64,000 nt of DNA from Glaucostegus cemiculus. Lineage: Eukaryota. Location of the stretch: contig CDPCPM010000013.1 of the NCBI GenBank assembly GCA_976551045.1, positions 16,802,001 through 16,866,000 of the forward strand. Reading direction: 5' to 3'. The translations under genes and the position numbers were made by a program. The stretch's first letter is position 1. Every line of letters begins with the position of its first letter. Below, one piece after another: positions 1 to 12,615 of the stretch. A model generated the notes under the pieces. The model was given only the letters and a program-made list of their open reading frames with translations. It was not told the DNA's origin and made no database searches.

Positions 1-344
1 TAAATTCAATTTAATATCCTTTTCCAATTTCTTACATCTCTGTGAAATATTCCCAGATTGATGGCAATCTCACTTAATAATTATTCCACAGGTGGTGATA
101 TTTGTCTCCTTTCCTTGGGGATGTTTCTTAGTTTTATTCAACGACTTCTCTGGAAATTTCCCTGAGGTCAAGAATTTACTGCACAGGAATTTGGTTGTTA
201 ATCATTAACTAGTCCTGCTGCCTTCACTGGAATAATGTATCTCTGGAGCTGCCTGTTTTTCACTCCTCTGGAAGAAGGCAGCATGGTTATTTCAAACAAA
301 CATTTGAAAACTGCTGAAAACACCAGGAATATAAGCAGAAGGGA

Positions 345-1340
345 ACTTAAACAGGGAACCAGGAGGGGTAACAGGGCCATGAAATGTCTTTGGCAGGTAG
401 GGTTAAGGAAAATCCCAAGGCATCTTCTACATACATTAAAAACAAAGAGGGTAGCTTGGGAAAGGGCAGGACCACACAAGGACAAAGGAGAGTGTTTATG
501 CCTGGAGCCAGAGGGAGGGGGTGAGGTATTAAATAAGTACTTTGCACCAGTATTCAACCAAGGAAAAGAACATAGCAAGATCAGGGAAGGATATGTTAAT
601 ATTCTAGGGCACGTCAACATCAAGGTGGTGGTGGTGTTGGGTCTCTTAATGAGATCTATCCCAGTTTATTGGGGGAGGCAATAGACGAGATGGCAGAGGT
701 GAGGTCCCAGAGGATTGGAAAGTAGCCAATGTTGTACCTTTGACACAGGGATAATGCAGCAAATTATAGGCTGGTGAGGCTTACATCAGTGATAGGGAAA
801 TCACTGGAGAAGATTTTTAGGGACAGAATTTATTCACATTTGGAAAAGCAAATCATTAGAGATAGCTTGCTTTGTTGGGGGAGATCATGTCTTATGAATT
901 TGATTGAGTTTTGTTGAGGAAGTAACAAAGATGATGGATGAGAGTAGGCAATCAATGTTGTCTACATGGACTTCAGTAAAGCATTCAACAAAGTCCCACA
1001 TGGTAGGCTGGTCCAGAAGGTTAAGTCACATGAGGTTCAGAGACTTGATGGCTCGGCCATAAAAGACAGATGGCAATGGTAAATGTGTGCTATTCTGATA
1101 CTCTGACTGGAGGTCTGTGATGCAGGAATCACTGTTGTTTGTGATATGTAGATTGATTTGTAAGTTTGCAGAAAAATATGATAGTGAAATATGATAGAAA
1201 GACATGATAGTGGTGTTTAAGAGGCGTTTAGACAGGTGCATGAACGGGGAGGGAATGGAGGGATACAGACCACATGCAGGCAGGTGGGATTAATTCAATT
1301 TGGCACCAGGAGCCAAAGGCCTGTTCTGTGCTGTTCTATA
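345..1340 (+). mobile_element. Decayed, internally deleted CR1 (HER1-like) LINE, ORF2 to 3' end
   Basis: Remnants of KENPKAFY.YIK.KR, EVLNKYFAPVF, gtctacatggacttcagtaaagcattcaacaaagtcccacatgg (VYMDFSKAFDKVPH-like) and the CR1 tail aaggcctgttctgtgctgttctat. Confidence 0.85.
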
Positions 1341-1679
1341 GTATTATTATGTTAACACAGCAAAATCACACAGAAGTCAACAAGCACATCATTCAATGTG
1401 ATATTGAAGGGATGCTTCATCCATGGTGAATTACCACAGGCTGCTGGATAACAGCACCACTTCATCCTTGCCATGCGGAAACAACACTCAACTTTCATGT
1501 GGGCTTCAAGATATTGCTACAATTTGCAGGGCAAATGTCAATTCAACACGTCACAGAAAAATAAGTTGGAACTCAACAGCACAAGCTTCTTTTAATATAA
1601 TATTACTCTACCTCTCAGAAAAGGAACAACAGAAACCTTGAAGGAGGTTCCAAGAAAATCCACATCCTCAGTGGTGTTA

Positions 1680-3165
1680 GAGTCTAGAACGTAAAGACTA
1701 AAGACAGGGCTGTAGCATCTTCAACCATGTTCGACAAGAAGTACTCGATGGATGATGCATCCTGACTTGCTTCTGAGGTTGCCATACTCACAGAAGCCAG
1801 TCTTCAGCCAATTTGATTTCACAGGGAGCATCAAAAGGTGTCTGTGACCACTGGACACAGCAAGGGATATGGGACTCAACAACATCAGCACTTTGGTACT
1901 GAAAACTTGTGCCTCTTGGCTGGTCCAGTATAGCTACAACCATGGCATGTGCCCAACAAGGTGGAAAATTGCCCACGTGTACTGAGCTCACAAACAGCAG
2001 GAGAAATTTATTCTGCCTAATTATTGCCTAATCAGTCTTCGCACAATCATCAGCAAAGCAATGGAACCCTTCATCAACCATACAATCAAGTGATGCTTGT
2101 TCATGAATGATGTGCTTCTCAATCTTTTCAGCCTTGATCCAAAGGGTGAGGTAAAAGTGACTGACCTTGGCATCAAGACAGTATTGGAGTGTGATATCAA
2201 GGAGCCCAAGTAAAACTGAAGTCAATGGAAACTGCTGATAAAGCTCCACTGGCTGGAGTCATCTCTTCCACCAAGAAAAGTGGTTATAGTTACTGGAGGC
2301 CAATCACCTTAGCACTAGGATATCATTACAAAAGTTCTACTTTGTCATTGTTCATGGCTAAATCTACTAAAACCATTTCAATTATGTTTTATCACATCAG
2401 AATTATTTGTGTTAATTGACATTGCACGATATTGACTTCCACTTATGACTTAGAAAATGAAGCTGTCCATGCCTGCATGCATAGAGAGCATATGCTAATA
2501 GTGCCAAGCAAAATTCACACCACACTAATATTATCTTCAATAAGAGACCATCTACTTACCCACTCTTGACATTCATGGCATTACCATCAGGGAGCCCCTC
2601 AGCATTCACATCTTGGGAATGGAGATGGTGAAGTGTCACCAATGATCAGCGGCTCATTTGGACTAGATATACAAATATGGTAGTTGCAAGAGCAAATGAG
2701 AGGCTGGGTTAGCCTGTGGCACGTGACACAACTCCTGGCTTGTCACTGTTTACGACGTAGAGCTGAGGAGTGTAATGGAATGCTCCCCATTTGCTTAGAT
2801 AACTGCAGCCCCAATACTCAAGCAGCTTGATATCCAACTCATTTGATTGACATCCCATCTGCAATTCTAAACACTCATGCCCTTTACTATCAGTGCAGTG
2901 TGTACTATCTACAAAATGCACTTCAATTTCTCACCCATAGATCATCACCACCTGCAGGTTCCACTCCAAGTCACAAACCGCCCTGCCCCAAAAATACATC
3001 ATTCTTTCATTGTTACTGGGTCTAAATCCTGATGTACCCTATGCATCACACTGTGGGAGTACCTTCACCAGAAGGACTGCAATGCTTAAGAATATGTCTC
3101 ACAATGAATCTGAGGGCAAATAGGGATGCACAATAAATGCAACTTGCCACTGATTTCCTCATAAA
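1680..3165 (+). mobile_element. Ancient, highly decayed CR1/L2-group LINE 3' portion
   Basis: Terminal block ctgtgggagtaccttcaccagaaggactgca...gagggcaaatagggatgcacaataaatgc...ttgccactgat resembles an old chondrichthyan LINE tail; the same tail occurs inverted near 35735. Weak RT-like remnant near 2160 (ccttggcatcaagacagtatt). Confidence 0.6.
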
Positions 3166-5329
3166 ACAAATCTACAAAAGCAGCATTTCAGTTAAATGAC
3201 ATAATCAGGATCTCTTAACTGGAAACAAGAACTACAATGATACTCAAGTCAGAGGGTCTATTTTCGACAATGAATGATGCAAACTGCAACTAAGCTCATT
3301 TGGCAAAAAAACACTAACCTAAAAAAGTAAAACATATTACCTTAATAGCGCAAGTGCAAGGAAATGGAAAATAAATTTAAATTTGTATTGCTTCTGATAT
3401 TATCGTACAAAAACACTGCTCTTGTTTTTAAGTTACATCAACAAAGTAAAAGTGGCAATGCTGCAGTTTCTGCTCAGCATTTAAGTGCAGACCTATAAAA
3501 ACAAAGCAAGGTAAAATTTGCAATTTGCAAAAGCACTGATAAGGAAGAAACTGAGTATAATGAAAAAGATATGACTTTGACTTTATCAGCATTTCTGAAA
3601 CACATGCTAACAAAAAAAAGCAGCTTTTAAAAAGTAAAATAAATGTCAGAAGTTAAGCCCAGTCAAATTTTTAATCTCCAGGTAGCTACATGAAATATCC
3701 CACTGCTTGCTAACATGTAACGCAGGCCCTGAAACTGCAGACAGAATCCCATCAGTCATGCTATTGTTTACAGCAAATCACAAGGAATTCCCTTAAATAC
3801 CAGCTCCCATATTCACTACTCACCAGGTCTGTCATTACAGGTGCACTCAACCTCAATAAGTATGCTTGCCAAATAACACTGTATTATCACAATATCAAAC
3901 TATCACCAAGCTGTCAAATGGAAACTACACTGCATTCAAATGTGTGAGTAGTCTTACAGCAGATCAGTAAAGCTATGCATCTGTTCATTAGTGTGAAGGT
4001 TTCTATTCCTTTGCTGGATATACGACACTTGTTCTGAATGGGTTACATCCATTTCAACATAAATATACAACCTCAATAACACCTCTCTTAAAGCAATTTC
4101 CCGTGGTGGATGTTTTCAATTCACCATCTGGACCTACTGTGCCTATCAGTAGTCCTTTGATAGCCATTTACAGCACATAAGATGAAGTCCTGTAAAATTA
4201 GTCATCAGAACAGGAAACACCACATATGTTGACTCAGTGATTTGTTGTGCTTTTGCTCAGAATCCACTGGGTGATTTACCAATAAGAACAATTCCATATT
4301 AACAGTATTTTTCCATTCTATTATTTTGGCCTTCAATACTTCACCAGGTGTTAACCCAAGTATTCTCTAACAAATTTCCACTGGTGCATACTACTATTAG
4401 ATTTGATTAGAGCTACAATCTCTCCAAATGCCTATATACCAGAACCTTGGGGCAGGTGAATCTGATAGCACCTGAACCGCAATTATCCTGCCCCTGTTGC
4501 TTCTGATGCTGGCAACAATTCAACTTTGAACTGAAATTTACATGTTCCCTCCAAGTAGTAATCACCAACTGTGTTGTTCATTGACTCTTGGCCTTAGTAT
4601 TGTGAATGGCTGAAATTTAATCTGCACTGCATAAACCAGTCTACAGATCTAACATGGATGGCACATTGGGGCTGCAGCAGATACTAGTGGGTATTCTGGA
4701 AAACATTCTGATGTGGGAGATTTTGAAGAATGGTACCACACTGGAAAGAACAGGAGCCACAGTTTTTTGGGCAACGGAGCTGTTTGCAAAGGCAGGACAA
4801 AACAGGAATGATGAACTGTAACCCCAGGCAACCAAGCGGTCCTTCAGACAATCATTGTGAAAGCATTGGACATAAAACAACGGTTGCCAACAACATCATG
4901 AGTTAAGCCTTAAGGACCCTGATGCTGCTCTACAAAATGTTCAACAGTCTCTTGCAGTTCAAGCTGAATGAATACTTCATGTATCACATCCCTTCAGCTG
5001 CTCTACTAATCTCAGAGTTGCTCAGTGCACCATAAGTCCATCTGTGCGCCTTTACTCATCTACCAATAATTTGTATAAATTATGATGAAGTTCATTAATG
5101 TCCCATTGTACCTTCAGACACTTTTGCTGAAAGAGTCACACATACCTTTTCAGCTATGGTAGTCACATTATCCAAATTGGCAAAATGCCACCAATTACAT
5201 ACTTTCCTCTTCCCTACAGGACTAGATGCTGCACAATAGCAGCAGAGAGACTGAGATGGCTGCATCTCTTGAGGTCCAAGGAAGAGAGAGCTCACTATTG
5301 TGGGAGGGAATGTAACTGAGTCTGTGGTT

Positions 5330-5830
5330 GTTGTTGAGATTGGAACCATGGCTGGTAATGGTATCCTCAGAAATAACTCTCTCCTATAGTTCATCCACCG
5401 CCCAACCACAATCTACAAGCTTCAGGCAATGCAAGCATGTAATCTTACTGCCCTCCACCCTTCCACTCATAACTGCACCTACCAAGTCACCTCTCAACTT
5501 TCTCTACTCTAAAGAAACAACCTTTTTTCTCTCGTCTATCCATGTAATTGAAGTCCCACATTCTTAGTTTGCTGCACTCACTGTAAAGCCTTCACAACTT
5601 CCAACTTACTGCATAATAGAACTGAACACAATATACCAGTTCAGGTCAAACTAGTGTTTTATAGAACATCCTTGTTTTTCCAGTCTGCTTCTACTTGGAA
5701 AGGTCAGGATCCTTTTTTAGTTGTTTCATCAATCTGTCCTGTCACTTTTATAGAGTTTTTCTCATACATCTGCACCACTTAAGATTGTATCTTTCATATT
5801 ATATTTCCTCTCTTCATTCATCCTCATTCA
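5330..5830 (-). mobile_element. Old CR1 fragment
   Basis: Antisense CR1 ORF2 C-terminal text such as aagtcacctctcaactttctctactctaaagaa and agaactgaacacaatataccag. Confidence 0.65.
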
Positions 5831-5859
5831 AAAAAAAATTACGGTGCATTTAGTGGCAC

Positions 5860-6325
5860 AGAATAATCATGAAACAGGAGACAGCCATTTGGCCCAAAGA
5901 GTCATGCCAGTTTTCTTTTCAGCAGTCCAGTCAGTTCTATCTGCTGCATTACCTTATAGCCCTGCAAGTTTATTCCTTCAAGTGCATATCCAACTGTCTT
6001 TTAAATCATTGATCATTTCTACTTATATAGGTGGCAAGGTCCAGATACTGCACAAAGATGTGCTTCCTCACATCTCTCAATATCTCTTACCTAAAACCCT
6101 TCACCAATGTCCCCTTGTTCTTGTGCCATCAGCTAATGAGGAAAGCCTTTCTTTTGTCGACCTTATGTAAACCTTTGACAAATCTCCCTTTAAGTCCTTT
6201 GTTCCAGGGAGAAGAACCCAGCTTCTCCAAAGCAAACTGATAACTAAAATCCTTCATCCTCAAGTCATTGTTAAATCTCCTTTTTCACATTTTCAAAAAC
6301 CAACACATCCATCCTCAAGTACCCC
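5860..6325 (-). mobile_element. Old CR1 3' fragment
   Basis: Begins with an antisense tail (aacaggagacagccatttggccca) and continues with the CR1 3' region (atctccctttaagtcctttgttccagggagaagaacccagc). Confidence 0.7.
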
Positions 6326-6534
6326 TTGCTTTAAATTTCATCGACTCCTTGCCTACCCTTCCACCGTCACCAAAGCTTTGATATTTTAATTGACAGAAAC
6401 AGAGCTCAAAGAGAAGAATAACATTCTACTTTATAATGCTGCATTCAGATGGGAAGGAAATTTGCTTCCAATTACTCAAAAGCTGGGACACCCACAGCAG
6501 TGTATCATCCAGAATATCCTTTTATCTTGTATGT

Positions 6535-6888
6535 AAAATGACACAGGAGGCTATTTGTCCCTGTGGGTTAATGTTGGCTCTCAGGGGAGCAATCCTGCTG
6601 GTCTCATGCCCCCTCTCCTTACTCCCCTGTATCTTATTCTCTCTCACACACATGCTTATCACCTCTCCTTTTTATTCTTTTTTACCCACTAATAAACACT
6701 AAAGTGTAAGTTACAGTAGCCAATAAAACTACTGGTGCAACTTTGGAAGTGGGAGGAAACCATGGCATTTGGAGGAAACCTCTCCCAGAGAAACTGTGCA
6801 GACTCCGCGCAGAGAGCACCCAAGGCCAGGAGCAAATCTGGTTCTCTGGAGTTGTGAGGTGACCACACTAACTACTGTGCCACCATAC
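6535..6888 (-). mobile_element. Old V-SINE (HE1-like) with CR1-type tail
   Basis: Antisense V-domain tttggaagtgggaggaaacc...ggaggaaacc and tRNA-like head actaactactgtgccacc. Confidence 0.7.
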
Positions 6889-7974
6889 TCTCCAACATGA
6901 AACAGGAACTTGGAGATGAGGATAGGAAGAAAGGAAGGGAATAAGGGTAGAGGCACAGGGAGAAATAGTCCACAACTCAGGACACTGGAGGTCACAAGAA
7001 AGACGATATGGAAGGGTATACCAGCTGATGGCTGTGGAGATTAAGGGCTGGTTTTGGTGATTTTGGTAGTTTAAGACAGTAGTTTCAGATAAAGTGAAGG
7101 AGAAGTGAGATTCTGCACAAGCACGTCAGCAAGCAACAGATCTAACTGGGCAGTAGAGCTGCAGTGGGAGTGAATTGAGTGTTCATATTGCTAGTGATTG
7201 GGACCGAGAGAGAACAGGGAGTAGAATGTCTGGGTGCATTAAACATGCAAGAAGCAAGCAAAGCATGGAGCAGGAGATGCAGCAAGAGGCAAGTGTGAGT
7301 TCAGAAAACAGGGGAAGTGCAGTGACAGCCAACTGTGAAGCTGCAGGCAAGTGGGATACTGCTACAAATACAGCAAAGCAGGGAGGTGAACTGGAAGTGG
7401 GAGTGGAGCAGATGTACCCATCCTGAATCCCAGAGAGGAAAAAGTGAAATAGGAATAGGAACATTCAAGCAGATATAAGAACTGCAGACGAGAGGCTTGG
7501 GAGTGGGTCTGAAACTGAACAAAAGGATGAGACAGAATGGCAATGTGTAAACTTAACAAATTGGGAATACTGGGTGAGGAACTTGAGTCAGACTAGGAAG
7601 AAAACCACAGCCAAACAGGCAGAGGATAGTCAGCTATTATAAAGTTCTCAGGGCAGAGGATTAATAGCAATGCGGAGGGTGAATAGAAAGCCTAGCAGGT
7701 AAAAGATCAAGGATCTTTCGCCCAATTATCTAACTTGCTAAAAGCATCATGTAATTAGCATGGGCCAGTCACACTACAAGATCACTACTATATTGTAGAT
7801 TGATAGCTTATTTTTTAAATCACACCTGCAATTTTATCTTCTTCGATATTCAATGTAATATTTTTTAAATGGCAAAACAATTTCTCAATTAAGTACCCAA
7901 ACTTTTCAGGACTTATCAATTTATTTCTCCTGTAATTGCTCAAAAAATTGTCCCGGATAACAAGGCAATGTATC

Positions 7975-8048
7975 AGTATTAATCTTTTTGTACAACACAT
8001 ATTGGGAAGTGGTGGCTGAAGGGCCCATTTCTATGCTGTATGACTATG
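7975..8048 (+). mobile_element. Short CR1/SINE 3' tail
   Basis: gtggctgaagggcccatttctatgctgtatgactatg matches the CR1 terminal motif seen in other copies. Confidence 0.55.
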
Positions 8049-8420
8049 TCACTCTACTTGGTACACTGATGTGTTTCGACTTTCTTTGCTGCATTAATCA
8101 TTCAAACACAGAGTATGCCATGGGTGTAAACCTGCACTGGATATATGACTTATGATTAATATAAGTATTACTGCTCCTCTACTGGGAAGTGTACCATAAT
8201 TCCTTTGTGTGTGGCACTATACAAGATCTTTACTACATGCATCACAAATTCAGGTCTCATACCTGGCAATTAACACATGCCATGCAAATTAAATATTAAA
8301 TCAAGCTCTAGTAACCTGTAATGCAAACCATTAAATATTGGGAATTATTAGCATTAATAACACTTCAACACGCAGCATTTTAAGATCTGGAATACCTCCT
8401 ACATGCATTACTCCTGTATC

Positions 8421-8666
8421 ATGGATCAGATTTGATCCAATTCACACAGATATTGTGTGCACACACAGCAAGGCTGCATCAAGCATTCTTTCTATTTCCC
8501 TGCTCCCAAAATCAAATTCTCCACTGCTGAGACAACTAACGTCAACTGAGCACTGACCTGATTTTTTTGGACTGTTTGGTTAAGAGTTATGTTTGGTTTT
8601 TAAATATGAACATGAGCTGAAGACCTATTTACTTTTAATGTACCCGACCTGACTCAATTCTGACAC
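8421..8666 (+). repeat. Left arm of a long inverted repeat (partner 10092-10341)
   Basis: atttgatccaattcacacagatattgtgtgcacacacagc...aatgtacccgacctgactcaattctgacac is the reverse complement of the 10092-10341 segment. Confidence 0.92.
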
Positions 8667-8814
8667 ATTGTCAAGTCCCAGTAAATTCGGGTTTGGTAGC
8701 CAGAATAAACATAAGACTTTCAGAAAGTTTTGAAAGGGGGCAGCAAGCGATCTAACTAACAACTTTTATGGGGTATAAGAGGGTATGAGAAGATCTGAAA
8801 ATGTTCATGTAATG

Positions 8815-9110
8815 CCTAATGCAGAATTGAGCAAAACCAAACACATCATGACAGTCAGTGAATTGCTGAGCCTCCTGTGCTATCTCCATGCACCATCTGT
8901 TCTCTAGGTCAAGAGTTTTCTGCTGGATCTCAGCCTTCAGGTGCTTGTAAAGAGTTTTCTTTTCCCTTGAAGTGTGGGGGATCTTCCAATCCAGGAATGC
9001 CTTAATTTGCAATTAACTCCTTGATATGATGGACATTCATATCAAACCAGTCTTAATTCTTCTTGGTAGAGAAGCCAAAAGCCATTCACCTGGAGAGGGC
9101 CAGTACCAAG
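8815..9110 (-). mobile_element. RTE-clade LINE fragment (linker between endonuclease and RT)
   Basis: Translation KAEIQQKTLDLENRWCMEIAQEAQQFTDCHDVFGF, preceded by a DWFD-like motif (gactggtttgat), resembles the RTE/BovB-type linker. Confidence 0.65.
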
Positions 9111-9784
9111 GAGTCCTCCAAACATGCTCTCTGAAGGAAGATGGAGGAGAAGGCTCTTGAGATCAGTGCAGGGAATCTAACCGCAAAGACCACAAGAGGC
9201 TCACTGAAATCACATTTGTGGTCAAGGCCAGTGAATGCATATTCAATGTCATTACCTATCAGCTGCAGCAGTAATCTCGGAAATCAGTCAGAGTTCCTTA
9301 TTTTCATGACTTATCCTCCAAGAATTTCTATCTGTCAGGACCAACATTCTTGGCATCACCTGACCCTCACAACCACATCTCAGCACCTGCATATGCTGCC
9401 TGATACTCAACCATGGTGGTGTTCTCTCTCTCTCATACACACACAAACACACACAGATGCATGCACTCACTGATAAACTTCTCTCTTGCTGAATAATGCT
9501 GAATGATATAGGCAGGAGAAACTGAACACTGGGGCAAATAAAACTTCTTAACAGCATGTAGGAGACAGTACCCACCATCATGAGAGCAGATGCTGCTGAG
9601 GCTGTGACATTGAGGGGGTGGGGAGGGGGAGGAGAGCAGGGGGTGTGGATTAAAACATAAGAAGAAATTTTCTAAGTCTTTTTGAATTCCAGTTCCCCTT
9701 TATTTCACTGTGTCTTAGGACTGGTGTTGCAGATTGTAGGAGCTTGCTGTCAAAAGTATTTACATTACCAATGGGTCTACAATA

Positions 9785-10086
9785 GATATTTAGATATTTA
9801 TTTATTAGTCACATGTACATAGAAACACACAGTGAAATATGTCTTTCTGCGTTACTTGAGACTGTGCTGGTGGCGGCCCACAAGTGTTGCCACATTTCCG
9901 GCACCAACATAGCATGCCTACAACTCCTAACCCGTATGTCTTTGGAATGTGGGAGGAAGCTGGAGCACCCGGAGGAAACCCACACCAGACATGGGGAGAA
10001 TGTACAAACTCCTGACAGTGGCGGGAATTGAACCCGGGTTGCTGGCACTGTAATAGCATTACACTAACTGCTACACTACTGTGCCA
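9785..10086 (-). mobile_element. Young tRNA-derived V-SINE, long-tail subfamily
   Basis: Full antisense copy with head ggcacagtagtgtagcagttag, B-box-like gggttcaattcc, V-domain gggtttcctccgggtgctcc and tail tttcactgtgtgtttctatgtacatgtgactaataaa. Confidence 0.92.
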
Positions 10087-10091
10087 ACACC

Positions 10092-10341
10092 GTGTCAGAA
10101 TTGGGTCAGGTCGGGTACATTCTTAATAAAGTCTTTGGCTCATGTTCAGATTGGCCTGGTTTTAATTTAAAACCCAAACATAATCAAACAGTCCAAAAAA
10201 AAATGTTAGTGCTTAGTTGATGTTAGACATCTCAGCAGTGGGGAACTGGATTTTGGAAGCAGGGAAATAGACAGAATACTTGATGCAGCCCTGCTGTGTG
10301 TGAACACAATATCTGTGTGAATTGGATCAAATTTGTTTCAT
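10092..10341 (-). repeat. Right arm of a long inverted repeat (partner 8421-8666)
   Basis: gtgtcagaattgggtcaggtcgggtacatt...tgtgtgaacacaatatctgtgtgaattggatcaaat. Confidence 0.92.
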
Positions 10342-11959
10342 TCTTCAATAGTACTCATTAGGCAAAGCAAAAATCATAAATTCAATCAAACCTCAATTGA
10401 GAAATAACTTGGTTCTCCTTCAGTCACTGACATGCACTTGTCCTGAAACTTCAGCACTTGCTGTCTGTTAGTTACTCTCAGGCTACAATTCAGCATGGGG
10501 CAGAGAGGGTGTGAAACTGGTTAAAAAGCTTCCAAGTTCTCTTATACCTATACCAGATACACATATACCATTTCTGTAAAAACTAAGGCTCCAGAGTCTG
10601 TTGGTGATATAAACTGTACATAGAAAGGGAAGTGACTAATAGGCAAAATGTTGCAGTGTATGGTTTCCCAGCTGTTAACAGTAGTAGGCATAAGTTAGCA
10701 TAAAACATTAATTCCAGTTATGCCTCTTCTCCATCTTGGCTGCTAGGAGTCACTGCCAGGATAACAAGAAGTAGCTGCACAATGTTATTTTGCCAGTGAT
10801 ATTCCTTTCTTTTCTCACACAAACATTTAGTTACAAATTGAACTCAGTAACCTGACTGATCAACCTGGCTATTTCAATAGCACAGCACTTCAGTCATGCT
10901 ACCACAATCTCAATGAAATAATCAGAGAACAAATCATCAATCCTTCCCAATAGGCAGATTATCCACTCTGTTTCAGCACTGGTACTCCTACAACATAAAA
11001 TGTTCCATTTGAACGTACCAAGAGCAGATGGACACCTCAATCTGTGGCATTTTGCTTTGAAGAAACTTGAGGACAATGAAGCAAAATTATTGAATTAATG
11101 TTTTTGGGTAGTCAACTTCCCAAAACAGATTTGGACCAAAGTAATGAGGAGCAGAGGAATTGCAGTAAAGCTCTAATAATCTGCCAGTCAACTATTTGGA
11201 AATCCGGATGGTTGGCATTTGGCTTGTAGGGTGTTGTTTGACACACTTCCTTTCAACTCATTGGTGCCCTGGTTCCTCAGCTACTTTTCAAGTGACCAGG
11301 ACCCAGTTTTCTGTGCTCCCTTTAACCTTACTTATTGCAACACTTTGTAAAATCTAAAAAAAAGGTATTAATAGAAATAACATCCAACATTCCAGAAGAT
11401 CTGCAGACAGGCACCACCAAAGTATTTAATGTGCTGGATTATGAGTCTTACTTGTATAAAGATCTCAGTAATACAATCCCTGATACAAATTTATCCTGTT
11501 ACAAAATTTACTTGACAAATAAACAAAATGATATTGTCATTGCTACACAGCTTTAGACATCGCAAATGCACTAATGGGGAGAGTAATCTTGCTTTTACAG
11601 TACTGGACCAGCTATCCAATGAAAGAGGAGGCATTTTTAACCTCCAGAATGGGCAGGACAACAGTGTTGTAAGTGGGTTAAACAGGGCAGTACATATAAT
11701 TGAAAGGAAGAAGGCCAACACCAATATACCCATTTCTAGTTTTAAAGAAAAGCAGGTTTCAGGGCTATAACCTTTTTGCCAGAGACAGATGCATTCAGAT
11801 TTGTTATTGAAGCAGCATGTCTCAAATTTTATCACTGATTTAAGTTTAATAGAGTTGTGAAGCCATCAGCTGAAGTAACTCCAGTCCCACTCTTTATGGC
11901 TAATACCCTTACACAACAAGGATAGAAATAAATGATACCCACCTAGTGGTTAAACATCT

Positions 11960-12190
11960 AAAAAGAGCAGATGCTGGCATTCTGAAATAAAATTAGCAAG
12001 TGCTAGAAATACTCACCAGGTCAGGTAGCATCTGTGAAAAGAGAAACAGAGTTAATGTTTCAGGTCTGAATTCCTTAACCGAAAAGGGACCCTTTCAATG
12101 AAGGGTTTCAGACCTGAAAGGTTAACTATTGCTCTTTTCATAGATGTTGTCTCACCTGCTGAGTGTTTCTGGGAATCTTTTATTTTTATT
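11960..12190. mobile_element. Palindromic non-autonomous element related to Penelope-like termini
   Basis: Arms actcaccaggtcaggtagcatctgtgaaaagagaaacagagttaatgtttcaggtctgaa and ttcagacctgaaaggttaact...tttcatagatgttgtctcacctgctgagt are reverse complements. Confidence 0.75.
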
Positions 12191-12615
12191 AACCCAGCTA
12201 GTGGTGTCTGGGTGTCAAAGAAAATGTTAAACAAAAATACTTCTTTTAAAAATTATGCATGCTGAAGTTGTTATACCATGTATAGAGAGAATAATTTTGT
12301 ACAAACCTTGCCTGCTTTTTACAGCTATGTTTTTGTTTTATATAATTCTACCTTCTTTCAGAACACCTACAGCATCTTGAAAACTCAATGGTGCAGTAGA
12401 TAGTGCTGCTGTTGCACAGTCTGATCAGTCTGGTTTTGACTCTAACCTTTGGCGTTGTGTATATGGAGTTTGCACATTCTCCCTGTGACTGCACAGGTTT
12501 CCCCAAATTTCTCTAGTTTCCTTCCGCATCCCAAAGATGTGCAGTTTGGCAAGTTAAATACAACTGTAAGTTATCCCTAATGTGGGTGGGCGGTGGGAAA
12601 CTTTGGGGGATATTA

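Noticed and set aside
4650-5320. Possible Gypsy gag relic
   Set aside because: Only a vague resemblance, with no continuous frame, zinc knuckle or LTR that I could support.
7020-7700. Purine-rich segment with overlapping ORFs (7175-7559)
   Set aside because: No recognisable domain; probably a very old antisense LINE remnant that I cannot assign.
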